Source: Bugula neritina (lineage: Eukaryota > Animalia > Bryozoa). From it: DNA of 29,192 nt. Position 1 is the stretch's first letter. The number at the start of each line of letters is the position of its first letter. The position numbers and the translations under genes were made by a program. Of this stretch, positions 1-12,422 are shown one piece after another. Location: the NCBI GenBank assembly GCA_964035545.1, contig CAXIUT010000137.1, positions 46,433 to 75,624 on the forward strand. The letters are read 5' to 3'. Under the pieces are notes generated by a model. That model had not been told where the DNA came from. It saw nothing but the letters and a program-made list of their open reading frames with translations, and did no database searches.

Positions 1-843
1 AAAACTCAAAATAATTAAAATAATTAAGAATAAGTTAAAAAATTAAAATAAAAAATCAATAAAGATGATATTAAATTAAAAATAGTTACTACTGAAAGAG
101 ATCGACTTAAAGAATAAATTAAACAGTGTAGAGAAGAACTAGTAATCAAAAATAAAGAAATATCGCTTCTTAAAGATAAAATAAATAGTATAAATAAAAG
201 TAGTTAAAGTAAACAAGTATAAGTTAAAAATTAAATTAAAAATAAAACAAAAAAGAATTAATTATTAATCAAAAAATAACCTAAAATATAAAAAATAGTT
301 ACTAAATAAACATAAAAATAACCCTAAATATCAAAAAACCAATAAAAGCCAAGAATTTGGACCTCCAATGATAGCTAGCAACTTCAAAAACCTATCTCAA
401 TAAAAAGATACCCAATTCACTAACAATCTTATCCTCCTAGTTCTAATCTAACAAAATGGAGTGACCAACCTTTCTCCAGCAAAATAAAATAACTTCATAT
501 CACAACTCATCAAAACGGACATATAAAACATATTCACACCAAATACTAAAAAGGATAACCTAAATTTTATCAAACAGATCATTACTAATCGATAGTTTGC
601 AGCTAAAATTAACATATTAATCATCTTTCGGGTTGTTTCAGTGATGGCTACCTGCAGTGTTTGACCGTTATTACGTCTAGTAAAAGAATGCAGGTTTTTG
701 GTAATATTGATCTCATAGAAATAAATCAAGATTGTTAGAAATTTTAATTTAGTCTAGATCATACCAATATACCAGGCGCTCTCTTTGGGGAAATTGATGA
801 CCAAGGAATCAGACAACTTGGATACCTAACTGTCAAACAGTGA
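1..843 (+). CDS. 5'-truncated coiled-coil protein with a C-terminal jacalin-like (beta-prism lectin) domain
   Basis: Frame 1 is open from base 1 to TGA at 841-843 when TAR is read as sense. The N-terminal part is K/E-rich coil. The C-terminal part (WSDQPFSSKIKELHI...EHINHLSGCFSDGYLQCLTVITSSKRMQVFG...GALFGEIDDQGIRQLGYLTV) has jacalin-like strand spacing. The domain call is by eye. Confidence 0.7.
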
Positions 844-886
844 TATTGTGTTATTTTATTTATTAATGTAGAAACTATCAATTTGA

Positions 887-2200
887 TCAATCATAATCAG
901 CTCCAAACTAGTTGACTCCAATATCTATTTCAGTTGCATATTGGAATTCATCTTGATTGATTGGACTATTTTCCTAAACAAATTATCCAGCTTCTTATCT
1001 GTTCTACTCAAAACCTCCAAACATAGCGATAGTTGACATATCCATAAATAGCATCATTCCCATCAAGCCCATCCCTCCGAAACCCATCTAATTGTAATTT
1101 CCCTGGGTATTGTATTCTCTACTAACTACTTCTCTTGGAAGGTTAGAATGATCAAAAGATAAGGGACTTGCTATCGACATGTCTTAGTATTTATTCCAGT
1201 CAAAATTACCAAAAAAAGGATGAGATTTTATCTGGTTAATTGAACTGACTCCTATTCTTTATTCAGGTTTAAACAGTAGAAGTCGATTGACTAAATCAGC
1301 CAATTAGACAGATATTCCAGCAACCATAAAGGACTTTTACCTGAAAATAGAATAATTTATGAAACTACCTTTACATAAATAATGTATGAGCACTCCCAGT
1401 GCCCAGAAATCAGTAGCTCTTGAAACGGTTTGTCCTCTAAACTACTATGGTGAAGTAAAGTGACAGGCGGCAGGTGCAGCGTCTCCATAACCTTCGGGAT
1501 GCAATCTAGATAAATTGGTTAAATTAGGATACCCATTTTAAAGAAGTACTATGTTATCGAAATTGACTCCTCGGTATACTATACCCAACGAATGTAACTT
1601 CTAAAGAGCTAATATTATACCAGCAATAACAAATCTGATATTATTTTATAGATCTTTTTTGAAATATTAGACATATTATGTTTGGAATTAGCCTTTACCT
1701 AAATTTTAAGCAAAAGAAGTCAAATTTTAATAATTTTTTAATGCAAAAAATAGATAAAGATAATTTTAATCCTAATAGCTATGTAAGCAACTTTATATGA
1801 AATGATATTTCAAATATTTTGTGAGTAGATATTAAATAGAAATATTTCTTTTTTGTCCAAATGTTTATATTTTTGATTTTTATATCTTTTTCAGCACACA
1901 CTCATTTTACCTATCATTCGAATCCACCAAACTGGCATTATAATTTTGACTTATTCCCTAAGAAGATATCATAAAATGGGTGTAATATCCTTTATATTTA
2001 TTCTAAGATTACTAATAACTGTGTTATTTGATGTATTTGATCGCAAGAGGAAAATCATTGATCAGTAATTTTTGCATTTCAAGTCTGCTATCCATTGAAG
2101 ATTTCCTCTTATGTGTAGTTTTGGTTGCAGAAGTGTGTCCGACTGGTCTTATGACTTCTCTGGGTCGAGGTTCGTCTTCCTAGCAACATATATTTCCCAT
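887..2200 (-). CDS. AGC-family-like protein kinase, probably a pseudokinase, with an N-terminal acylation motif
   Basis: Intronless 438-codon frame starting MGNICC. Motifs: CVLKKI, SYEDENYLYL, LALEKLHSLGIVYRGVNFDNI, FTSPE, TDFWALGVLIH, LLFKPEERIG, HPFFGNFDW. YRG replaces HRD/YRD and TNLS replaces xDFG. Confidence 0.85.
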
Positions 2201-2322
2201 CTATTTTTGTATTATTATATGATATTATATAACACTCATAAACTACAGATAAATACCGATCTAAGAGTTATTTAAGAGAATAATTACTAAATTAATCTAG
2301 TAGAATAGGATATTAAATAAAG

Positions 2323-3828
2323 ATGGTATTAATCAATTGTGCTCCTGATGGCGGTTGTCCATACGAGTACTATTGTTCAAGTTCTAACTAGTGCATGCAT
2401 AATCCTGTCTTCCCGATCAGCGGATTTCCTATCTTCATCTACTGTCTTTTTCCGTTTGGAAGTGCAGTTGTCAATACCAGTGGTAATTCCTTCGGTGAAT
2501 GGAAAGTATTGCTAGTGATGGACGCTTTGAACTATTCGGAATAGGAAGCTACGATTATATGTTATCCTTTGGTTCTTGGTACAGCTCTGTATAACTTTAT
2601 TAGATTGATATTTCAACGTCATCCATCCAAAAATACCAGTTTAGTCGATTACAACATAGTATCTATAATCATACCTAATGTGTTATATGGGTCGACTATT
2701 GGAGCAGTTATCAATACTCTTATACCTCCTATCGTAGCAGATGTGCTCATTATAGCTCTCTATACTCTTTTCGCTATCAAGTTTATAAGAAAACTTAGAA
2801 CTCTTATTAAACAAAAAAAATAAGAGGATATTAAAAAATTAACTCTTGAGTTAGGAGAAAAAGGATAAAGTCAGGTTGGTTAAAATAAATAAACATAAAA
2901 GTAGTCATAAAAATAAGTAAAAATATCGGATAATATTCAACCTCAAAATAATAGCAAATAACCTCTGATATCTAATAACTAGAAATAGAAATCATAGCCG
3001 CAAGAACCAAAATAAACTAAAGGTAAATCAGATTACTAACCTCCTAGATCTCTCTTATCTTCAGGAAACCCCTCAAACATATCTAATATGCTAGCAAAAC
3101 CATAAATTAATGAGGAACTATAGGCTCAAAATCAATACTAATCAACTTATCATCTTAAACATATTGCTTTCGTAGCTATTCTATTTATTTTCTTCGAAGT
3201 TGCTGCCTTTCTCTCCCAAGGAAAATTCGTTCAATTCTAAAAATGTTCTAAATACTTCGCTATAGGTATAAGTCTTCTAACTCTGCTCTATATTGGTGTT
3301 TTAACTGGTATGTTTCTTTACACTAAAAAGCAAATGGCCTTCTACAAAAGAATCGGGTTCTAGTATGAATATCCCCTTGATAAATTCAAATACTTTGTCA
3401 TGATATCAATTGGATCATTTATTGGTGGATTCAATGGAGGAGTCTTTGCCTTGGGAAACAGTACTACTATTATCTTTACTCTTGTATACTTATAAGTCGA
3501 ACCTATTGTAGTCAGTGCATGTGTAGGTTTTCAGGTAGTATTTACAGCAGCTGCAGCTATATGTTAGGCTATCATTTAGGACACTTTATCTTTGTAGATA
3601 ATAGGTTTCTTTTTCGGGATAACTTTAGTCGGAGGAGGATTACTTTCCTTTTTATCTGGACAATTTATAAAAAGATTCGATCGTACAAAAGTCAACCAAA
3701 TTTTAGTCACTGTCATGGCTTGTCTCACCTGCAGTAGCATCATTGCTCTTACTGTCAGTATTGCCATAGGCTATACTCAATTTGGAGCAGAATATATGCA
3801 TTAATCGGATGGTTTTTGTTCGAAATGA
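2323..3828 (+). CDS. TauE/SafE (TSUP) family membrane transporter, paralog 1
   Basis: 502-codon frame. Motifs: LGTALYN, RHPSKNTSLVDYNIVSIIIPNVLYGSTIG (the eukaryotic TSUP 'HP...IDY...P..L.G..IG' pattern) and a second TM half with VEPIVVSA. Confidence 0.85.
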
Positions 3829-3887
3829 TATAAAATGTATTCCATAATAATTTATTTATCTAATAATAATAGATTTATCTAATAATA

Positions 3888-5210
3888 ATGGTCAACCTCT
3901 AATGCCAAATCGATTCTGATTGCCCCTATCAGTACTTCTGTTCATAGGGTTCATGTGTACATACATAGATATTTCCTATTAATGGATATTAGATCATTCT
4001 TTATTGTTTTTTTCCGATAGCTAGTGCCATCTGCAACACATCAGGTAATTCTTTCGGATAGTTCAAAGTACTATTCCTGATGAATATACTAAATTACTCA
4101 TAGTCGTAGGCTACAAAGTTATGTTATTCTTTGATTTTAGGGACAGCTCTTTACAATGTGATATATCTTGTTTTTAGAAGACATCCATAAAAGAAAACTA
4201 CTCTAGTTGACTATAATATCATTTGTATTATTATTCCTAATGTGCTATATGGATCTACAATTGGTGCATTTGTTAATAATTTTATACCACCAGTAATCGC
4301 TGATTGTTTAGTAGCTCTATTGCTTGGACTATTTTGTATCAAATTTATTTTCAAATTAAAAAAAATACTTAAAGAGTAAAAACAAACAAAAAACAACAAA
4401 TAAATCAGTCAAAAAGATCACTCAAGCAATTTAATTAAATAGTCATTAATTTCAATATAATAACATTAACAAAAAGTATAAATTAAAAATTAGTATCAAG
4501 AGTAATTAGACAAACAACTAAAATACTAATAAGGTCATCATGTACCTCATATAGTCGGTATTCTTTTACTCTTTGTTGGTTTTTAGGTATGTGCTTTTCT
4601 GGCGCAGGGTAAAATTATTTCTTTTAGCTTTTGTTCGATATATTATGCTATTGGTGTTGGTAGTCTAACTCTTCTCTATGTTGTTGTTCTTATAGCTGTT
4701 TATCGATATACTAAAAATACCATCAACTACTATCATAAAATCAAATATGCTTATGAATATCCACTTAGTGATCCTAAATATTTTGCATTGATATGTCTTG
4801 GGTCATTTTGCGGAGGATTTAACGGAGGAGTCTTTGCGATTGGCAACAGTACAACCATTATCTTCACATTGCTCTATCTATAAGTCTAGGCTATTGTAGT
4901 TAGTGCCACTGTAGGTTTTCAAGTTGTTTTTGCTGCAGCTGCATCTCTATGTCAAACTTTGGCCAAAGGAGGTCTTTAGCTCTAAGTGGTTGCCTTTTTC
5001 TTTGGAATTACCTTTATCGGTGGCGGTATTTTATCTTTTATTGCTAGCAGAATAGTAAGTCGTTTGAATCGTACAAAAGTCAATATAGTTTTAGTCTCAA
5101 TCGTGTTTGGTTTGACTGGTACAAGTTCTTTAATTATTCTGGTAAGTTTGGTTCTTGGATATCTCAATTTTGGAGCATAATATATGATGTCAGTTGATGG
5201 TATATGCTGA
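3888..5210 (+). CDS. TauE/SafE (TSUP) family membrane transporter, paralog 2
   Basis: 441-codon frame, colinear with paralog 1 (RHPEKKTTLVDYNIICIIIPNVLYGSTIG; GGFNGGVFAIGNS). Confidence 0.85.
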
Positions 5211-5245
5211 TTTATATATATTTTTTGCATATTATTAATCTATTA

Positions 5246-6706
5246 ATGGTTACTATTGATTGCGTGCCTGATGGTTCTTGTCCGTATTAGTATTTCTGTT
5301 CTCAAGATGGACAGTGCTAGCATAATCCTGTCTTTCCATTAAGTGGATACCCAATAGTTATCTATTTGCTCTTTCCCTTTGGAAGTTCATTAGTTAATAT
5401 CTCTGGTAATTCTTTTGGATAGTGGAAAGTACTTCTTATCATGGATGCTTTGAATTATTCCTAATCAGCGGCTACAGTCCTCTGCTATCCTCTAACTTTA
5501 GGAACGGCTCTTTATAACTTTATATTTCTCATTTTTAGGAGGCATCCGTCAAAAGATACAAGTTTAGTTGATTACAATATTGTATCTATAATTATACCTA
5601 ACGTTCTGTATGGGTCGATGGTTGGAGCACTGGTTAATAACTTCATACCACCTATTATCGCTGATAGTCTGATTGTTGCTCTTTTGGTTGCTTTTAGTGT
5701 TAAATTCTATTTTAAGATGAAAAAACTTCAAAATTAAGCACAATAAGAACAAAAAGCAACTCTTTAATTGGCTAAAGTACCAGAATAAAATAAAAATAAT
5801 GCAAATATTAATATTATATCTGATGATAACTTAAGTCATAAAAAACCTCTTCTTGAAGATAATTCATCATAAAAAGTCTAAGAAAAATAATAATAAAAAG
5901 ATTCTTCAGAAAGAGATAGAGGAATATCGAATTAAGTTCGCATTACTTCTTATATACCGAGTGAGAAATCGAAATACTATTCCCAAATAGTCCATCCAGA
6001 ACTGGGATAGCAACTGGAATATGAAAAAGGATATCATTTTCTTCATATTATTTTCGTTATTGTACTATTTGCAGTATTCTAAATTTGTTCTTTCTTGGCT
6101 CAAGGAAAAATCATTAAATTTGATTTTTGTACCAAATACTATCCGATTGGAGTGGGTTGTCTGACAGTTCTGTACTTAGTTTTTCTATTTCTGATGTATT
6201 TTTATACAAAGAAAAAATTATCTTACTATAGATAAATAGGTTTTTAATATGAGTATCCTCTAGACAAAATTAAATATTTTAGTATTATATGTTTTGGAGC
6301 ATTTATGGGTGGTTTCAACGGAGGAGTCTTTGCTCTTGGAAATAGCACTACTATCATTTTTACTTTGCTTTATCTTTAAGTAGAAGCTATAGTTGCCACA
6401 GCCATTGTTGGATTTCAGGTTGTTTTCTCGGCTGCTGCTTCTATAGGTCAAGCTATAGTCCAAGGTACCCTTCTATGGTCAGTAATAGGCTTCTTTTTTG
6501 GATTGACTTTTATAGGTGGTGGGCTTTTGTCTTATCTAGCTCAATATTTGATTCGAAAATTAGATAGAGCTCGAGTAAATATTATACTAGTTGGAATAGT
6601 AGCAGGTTTGACTTTTGTCAGTGCTGTATCAATGGTTATCAATATCATAATAGGCTATTAGGTCTTTGGAGCAGCTTATATGATAGAAATAGATGACTTT
6701 TGTTGA
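5246..6706 (+). CDS. TauE/SafE (TSUP) family membrane transporter, paralog 3
   Basis: 487-codon frame with the same motifs (RHPSKDTSLVDYNIVSIIIPNVLYGSMVG). Confidence 0.85.
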
Positions 6707-6934
6707 TTAAATTATAACTTTTAATATTTTTTTTTTTGTGAGAAAAATAATCAAATTCTTAGATGATAAAAAGATCATTTTTAACAATTATATCAATATT
6801 TGTAAAAAATATTCCAATAATTTCTTTAGTAGAATTAATAAAAAAGTTCCTTGATTTTCCTCATTTGACTTTCCATTCAAGAATCCTACTAATGAGGATA
6901 TAAGTTATTATATTTGTTAGCTAATAAGATACAA

Positions 6935-8422
6935 ATGGTCACCATCGATTGTGCACCTGACGGGAGTTGCCCTTATTAGTATTTCTGCTATCAGGATGGA
7001 CAATGCCATCACAACCCAGTCTTTCCATTAAGTGGATTTCCTATCTTCATCTACATATTCTTCCCCTTTGGAAGCTCATTGGTCAATGTCTCAGGTAACT
7101 CCTTTGGATCATGGAAAGTCTTGCTTCTAATGGATGCTTTGAACTATTCATAATCAGCAGCTACTATCCTTTGTTACCCTCTGACTTTGGGAACAGCTCT
7201 ATATAACTTCATATTTCTTATTTTCAAAAGACATCCTTCAAAAGATACGAGCATAGTGGACTATAGTATTGTATCCATTATTATCCCTAACGTTCTGTAT
7301 GGTTCAATGATTGGAGCATTAATTAATAACTTCATGCCTCCAATAGTTGCGGATAGTCTTATTACTGCTCTTCTTATCTTTTTTTGTGTTAAGTTTTTCA
7401 ATAAGATAAAAAAACTCTTTAACGATGCAAAAGAACAAAAAGCGACTCTTTAAATGGCCAAAGTACCAGAATAAAATAAAAATAATGCAAATATTATATC
7501 TGATGATAACTTGAGCAATAAAAAACCTCTTCTTGAAGATAATTAATAAGAAAAAGTAGAATAAAAAGTAGAAGAAAAAGTAGAAGAAAAAGCAGAAGAA
7601 TAAATAGAGAAAAAAGATTCTTCAGAAAGAGATAGAGGAATATCAAACTAAGTCCGTATAACATCGTTTATACCAAGTGTAAAATCTGAATACTATTCTC
7701 AAATAGTTCATCCTGAACTTGGACAACAAATCTAATACGAAAAAGGATATCACTTTAAGGACATTATTTTTATTATTATTCTTTTTGTTGTATTTGAATT
7801 ATGTTCTTTCTTAGCTCAAGGTAAAATAATTAAATTTGATTTTTGCACCAAATACTATGTCATAGGAGTCAGCTGCCTCACAGTACTCTATTTTGCCTTT
7901 CTTTTCTTGATGTATTACTACACAAAGAAAAGGATGTCATATTTTCGGTAAATAGGTTTTGATTATGAATATCCTCTTGATAAAATCAAATATTTTGGTA
8001 TTATTTGTATTGGTGCTTTTAGTGGAGGTTTCAATGGAGGTATCTTTGCTATTGGCAACAGCACCACCATTATCTTCACTTTACTCTATCTCTAAATATA
8101 ACCTATAGTTGTAACGGCAATCGTTGGATTTCAAGTAGTTTTCTCTGCAGCTGCTTCTCTTTGTTAAGCCATTGTTCAAGGAACCATATCATGGCCAGTA
8201 ATTGCTCTTTTCTTTGGGTTGACATTCGTAGCAGGAGGTATTTTGTCGTATTTGACTCAATACTTGATCAATAAGTTGGATCGAGCCAAAGTTAATATGA
8301 TATTAGTGGGGATAGTGGCAGGTTTGACCTTTATTAGTGCTATATCGATGGTAATAAATATAGGATTAGGATATTATATGTTTGGAGCTGCTTACATGAT
8401 TGCAATAGATGACATTTGTTGA
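6935..8422 (+). CDS. TauE/SafE (TSUP) family membrane transporter, paralog 4
   Basis: 496-codon frame with the same motifs; closest to paralog 3. Confidence 0.85.
7550..7597 (+). repeat. In-frame 12-nt tandem repeat (EKVE-like x4) in the TauE paralog 4 linker
   Basis: Units: GAAAAAGTAGAA / TAAAAAGTAGAA / GAAAAAGTAGAA / GAAAAAGCAGAA. Confidence 0.85.
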
Positions 8423-8587
8423 ATGATTTTTGACCTTGTTAATAAAATAGATTTTTATTTATTATGTCTAAAAACTAAAGTTTATTAATCATTATTGATG
8501 AATTTTCTCATCAATTTTTTTCACTATGATTAACAATTATTGATATATTAGTATATTATTAAATAGAGTTTTTATAGAAGAATCTTA

Positions 8588-9541
8588 ATGGAGAACGACT
8601 ATTAATCTAAAATATTAAGCACTACTAAGAAAGGTACATCCAATTTTATCTAGAAAAGATCTTTAATGTCCGTAAACTCCCGTACAAACAGTTCGATAAC
8701 CAAAAATGTATCCCTTAATTTATTTAGATCTCAAATAAAATCAATCTCCTCTCCGCTCAGAGCATCCTTGCTAAGAACAGGTCTTCAAAAGTAATAATTT
8801 GAGATCTACTACAAGTACAATCTTCATAATTAGATTTATTTAATCAAAAGAACATGGAATATCAATATCAATTAACTCTAACTTCATCAACTCCCTACAA
8901 AGAACTTCAAAACAAATATAGAGAACTTAAAGAAAAACATCTTAAATAAAAAGAAGAAAAGCTTAATGTACTTTTTTTGAGATTTAGGTTCTAAAAGAAA
9001 AAGAATGCTAGCTTGAGAAATACATAAAAGAAAGAAAAAAGATAGAATAGTAGCAAATAAAGTTAATGAAAAGAAAAGATTAATTATGCTATTATATCTA
9101 AAAGTTAAGAGAAAGAAGAAATATTCAAGAAAATCAATAATAAAATGGAAGTATATATAATTTTAGTTAGATTAATAATATCATGTGGCTAATATCGAAC
9201 AGTTAAGAACAATGATGATGGGTCTACACTACCAAGGAGGAGTAGATATCGATCCAGACAATATGACTTATGAAGAACTACTACAATTAGAATAAAAAAT
9301 GGGAAAAGTGTCAAAAGGAATATCATAATAACAAATGAATAAGTTATAAAAGATCTCTGCTAGCAAATAACATGAGTAATAAGTCTGTTCTATTTGTTAC
9401 TAGAACGTGAAAAAAGACTAACAGATTTACTCTCTTCAGTGTAAACATATTTACCACTGTTAGTGTATCAAAGAATGGTTACTAAAGTAAAAAGTATGTC
9501 CCATGTGTAAGCAAGAAATTACAGTTAACAGATAAAAGTGA
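8588..9541 (+). CDS. RING-H2 E3 ubiquitin ligase (RNF38/44/BIG BROTHER-like), 5 tiny introns
   Basis: DPDNMTYEELLQLEEKMGKVSKG precedes the RING-H2: CSIC...CKHIYHCECIKEWLLKEKVCPMCK. The frame is restored by GTA..TAG introns at 8634-8653, 8708-8727, 8815-8833, 8968-8987 and 9151-9170. Confidence 0.88.
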
Positions 9542-10517
9542 TTTCTTTATCTAATTACTTCTATAGTATTCTTTAATTATTCTAAATAGATGAAAAACTG
9601 CTTAATAGTGCAAAGTTGTAAGGCTAGTTATTATTTCTTCAGCTTATTTTCCAGTTTTATGGTATGAATATCTTGCCTCTGATTGTTTTAAGGTCTTGAG
9701 TTATCAATTTTTGATTAATTTTCAAAAAGATCAATATTTGAGTTACTGGTTGGATATTTTTCTGTTTAATAGAAAGTATTAACTTGTAAAAATGTAAATA
9801 TCATAATTAAAAAGTTAGTTTATAGTTTGATTTGAGGCTTGATGCATTCAAAATGGGATATTGAGATCTACATCTTTATTTTTTTTGATAAAGAACAAAC
9901 TAAAGTTAGTTTTAATGATTCAAAAAGCTCAGAGTTATCTTTTTTTCTCAATTTTATTTAACTATTCTCTCTGATTAGTTCTTTATTTTGAGCTTCGTTT
10001 CTTTTAAAAGTAATTTGAAAGCGATTTTTTTCATTCCTTTGATAGGATTTTGGTCATTAGTATCTTAAGAGAATAAATTTCTGTTAGAATTGTTTAATGG
10101 CTGCTTTATTTAAATTGATTTTTTAAATATTTGATGATAAATTGATAAGTAGATTTAAAATTTTGATACTCTAACATTTTTGTGCTTTTTGTGTTTTGTT
10201 ATTCTATTTTTTATGTTTTTTAGCTTATTTTAAGATAAAAAATGTCTTGTTCCTGAAAAATCAAAAAAGCTTTGCCTAGTTCTCAAATAAAACTCAAAAA
10301 ATAATAAATAAAAAGCTTCATTTGTTAGAACTTCTAAACAAGAGAGTAAACATTCTAGTAGAACATTTCTTATTTGTCTTTCGATTTTATCAAGGAAGAA
10401 ATAGAATTATTGCAAGTCAGTTTTTATTAATAACCTAGAGTAAAAAACTAAATCGATTAGGACATGTACAATCATAATAAATATATTATATCATTGTAGA
10501 TATGGTGGAGATATAAC

Positions 10518-10835
10518 TCAGAAGTCAATTTCCAATAGTTAAACCTCCTCCTCCTCCATTTTTTAGAAAACAGGGTCTTTAAAAACTCCCATTATCTCTT
10601 GAGTCGCAAGCTAGAAGTCCTCCAACTGATCAGCTTCATTCACCATAGGTAAGGACACTCTTTCTTATTGTCTAAGAGAGTTTTAATCATTTTGAGACTC
10701 TTGAGTTGAAAGCCATTCCAAAAATTGTTGATAGGACTCATAGGTTTCAAATGCATAGAAAACATTGGTTTTCTGACAAAGGAAACCATAGACTTGATTG
10801 TCAGGGTTTGGGATATTAGAGTTTTAGTTTGACAT
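10518..10835 (-). CDS. Small acidic hypothetical protein (105 aa)
   Basis: ATG-to-TGA frame MSNENSNIPNPDNQVYGFLCQKTNVFYAFETYESYQQFLEWL...EEEEVELLEIDF with coding-like GC content. No family recognised. Confidence 0.65.
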
Positions 10836-10941
10836 CACAAGGGCTTTTTTGAATAAAATTAATTTATAATCACCAATGATTTAAGCCAGATAAATAGTAT
10901 TGAGAATAAACTTTTCTATTCTACTTTGTCCAAAATCTTTA

Positions 10942-11016
10942 GGGGTTGGGGTTGGGGTTGGGGTTGGGGTTGGGGTTGGGGTTGGGGTTGGGGTTGGGGT
11001 TGGGGTTGGGGTTGGG
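10942..11016 (+). repeat. Interstitial telomeric tract 1, (GGGGTT)12+GGG
   Basis: Perfect 75-bp Tetrahymena-type telomere repeat with unique sequence on both sides. Confidence 0.97.
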
Positions 11017-11505
11017 ATCTTTTAATGTTGATTTTTTTCTTTAAAGCGAAAGTTTTATTTATAAATTTAGAATTTCCTACAAGATAATTTTCAAATACTT
11101 AATGTTTATCGTATTTTGAATTCACAGAACAAAAATTTATTATTTTTTCTTTCTGCTTTTGAAAACTACTCATATGATACGGTTTGGTATTATCAAGCTT
11201 TTTTTATAAAAATAAGCTAATTATCACATAACTCCAATCCTTGACTAAGTTTATTATCTAGAGTTTTAGAAAAAGCAGGTTTTTTTACAATTGATTATGG
11301 ATGATTATGATAAAAAAGTCAAAGGAAATCAACTTAGAAACGAAATATAGATCTTTTTAAAGCTAAAGATAAAGAAAATAATTAAAATATGTAAGAGCTA
11401 ACAAAGATGAGTTTAAGAGTTAAGTGATTTTTTAAAAAATGGTCCTAATCAAAAAGATAGAAAGAATTAATAAGGAGTTGAGTATAAAACAAAATGATAG
11501 ACAAA

Positions 11506-12291
11506 TCAGAGGTTACTTTTTTCAAGAAGCGAACCTTACAAAAGCTTCATAGATGAATCTAAATAACAGTCGATAAACTCATCTTGATTCTTATTTCCTT
11601 GGAGTATTTCCTGGATTCTCTTACCAGCAGCCTAGCTAAATCTGGTTGATATTTTTCCTTTCTTTAATTCTTACTCCACAAAATATTGAATATAGGCAGT
11701 CAACCTATCTTTCCTTAAGATGTTGCGTTTAAACAAGTGAGATTTCAAACTCTCATTTCTCATTTTGAACAAAACATCAGTCCTGAGTTCCTCCATAGCA
11801 TTGAGATATTCATAACTTCCAAATCTAGTCAGAATATCACCAAAACCAACTCTCAAAGTTATTTTTTTATCCAAATTTTTATCAAACATAGCCTTGAGGA
11901 TCTCCTTGTTTGGTTTTTTGGTCTTCTAGAAAATTTTCCAAGTTGCAGAAATGATTTCTCTTGAGTTGAAACTACATCCAATATCATCAACACTTTTTCC
12001 AACCATCTGCCTTAGAGTAATGATCAGCTGTTTAACCATATTATGGTTTTCAGAAGAAGAAGAACCACTCTTCTTGCTTCCCTTAGAGTCAATTGTCTCA
12101 AATGAGCTGACTTCTTCATCCATTTTCAAATGAATTTCCTCTTCATAGTAAATTTATTTGGAAAGAGATATTTCAGGTTCAGATTCTTAAGGATCGAGGC
12201 TAGATCCTGAAACTGCAAAGAAATCGATAGGAGCGAATTACATCATTGAACTTAAATAATTATTATAGCTTTCTTTAACTATTAAATCCAT
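11506..12291 (-). CDS. Hypothetical protein; start uncertain
   Basis: One frame joins ORF-track fragments 11926-12129 and 11671-11889 and ends at TGA 11508-11506. The first in-frame ATG is at 12291. An ATG at 12395 would need a 1-nt indel in a T-run or a 23-nt intron. Confidence 0.7.
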
Positions 12292-12422
12292 TTCAAATTA
12301 ATCTTCCGATTAATACTGACCAGGTAAAAAACACAAGACTTCATTTAAAAAGCATAGTCACTAATATTTATCTTCTCGTGATTCATATGATTCATGATAT
12401 CAATAACATCAATAAATAAATA

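Noticed and set aside
1341-1368. GT..AG segment in the kinase as an intron (likewise 15730-15749 in GSS)
   Set aside because: The unspliced frame preserves the conserved motifs (DLVNRLL...KPEERIG; KLVEYNT), so splicing would break them.
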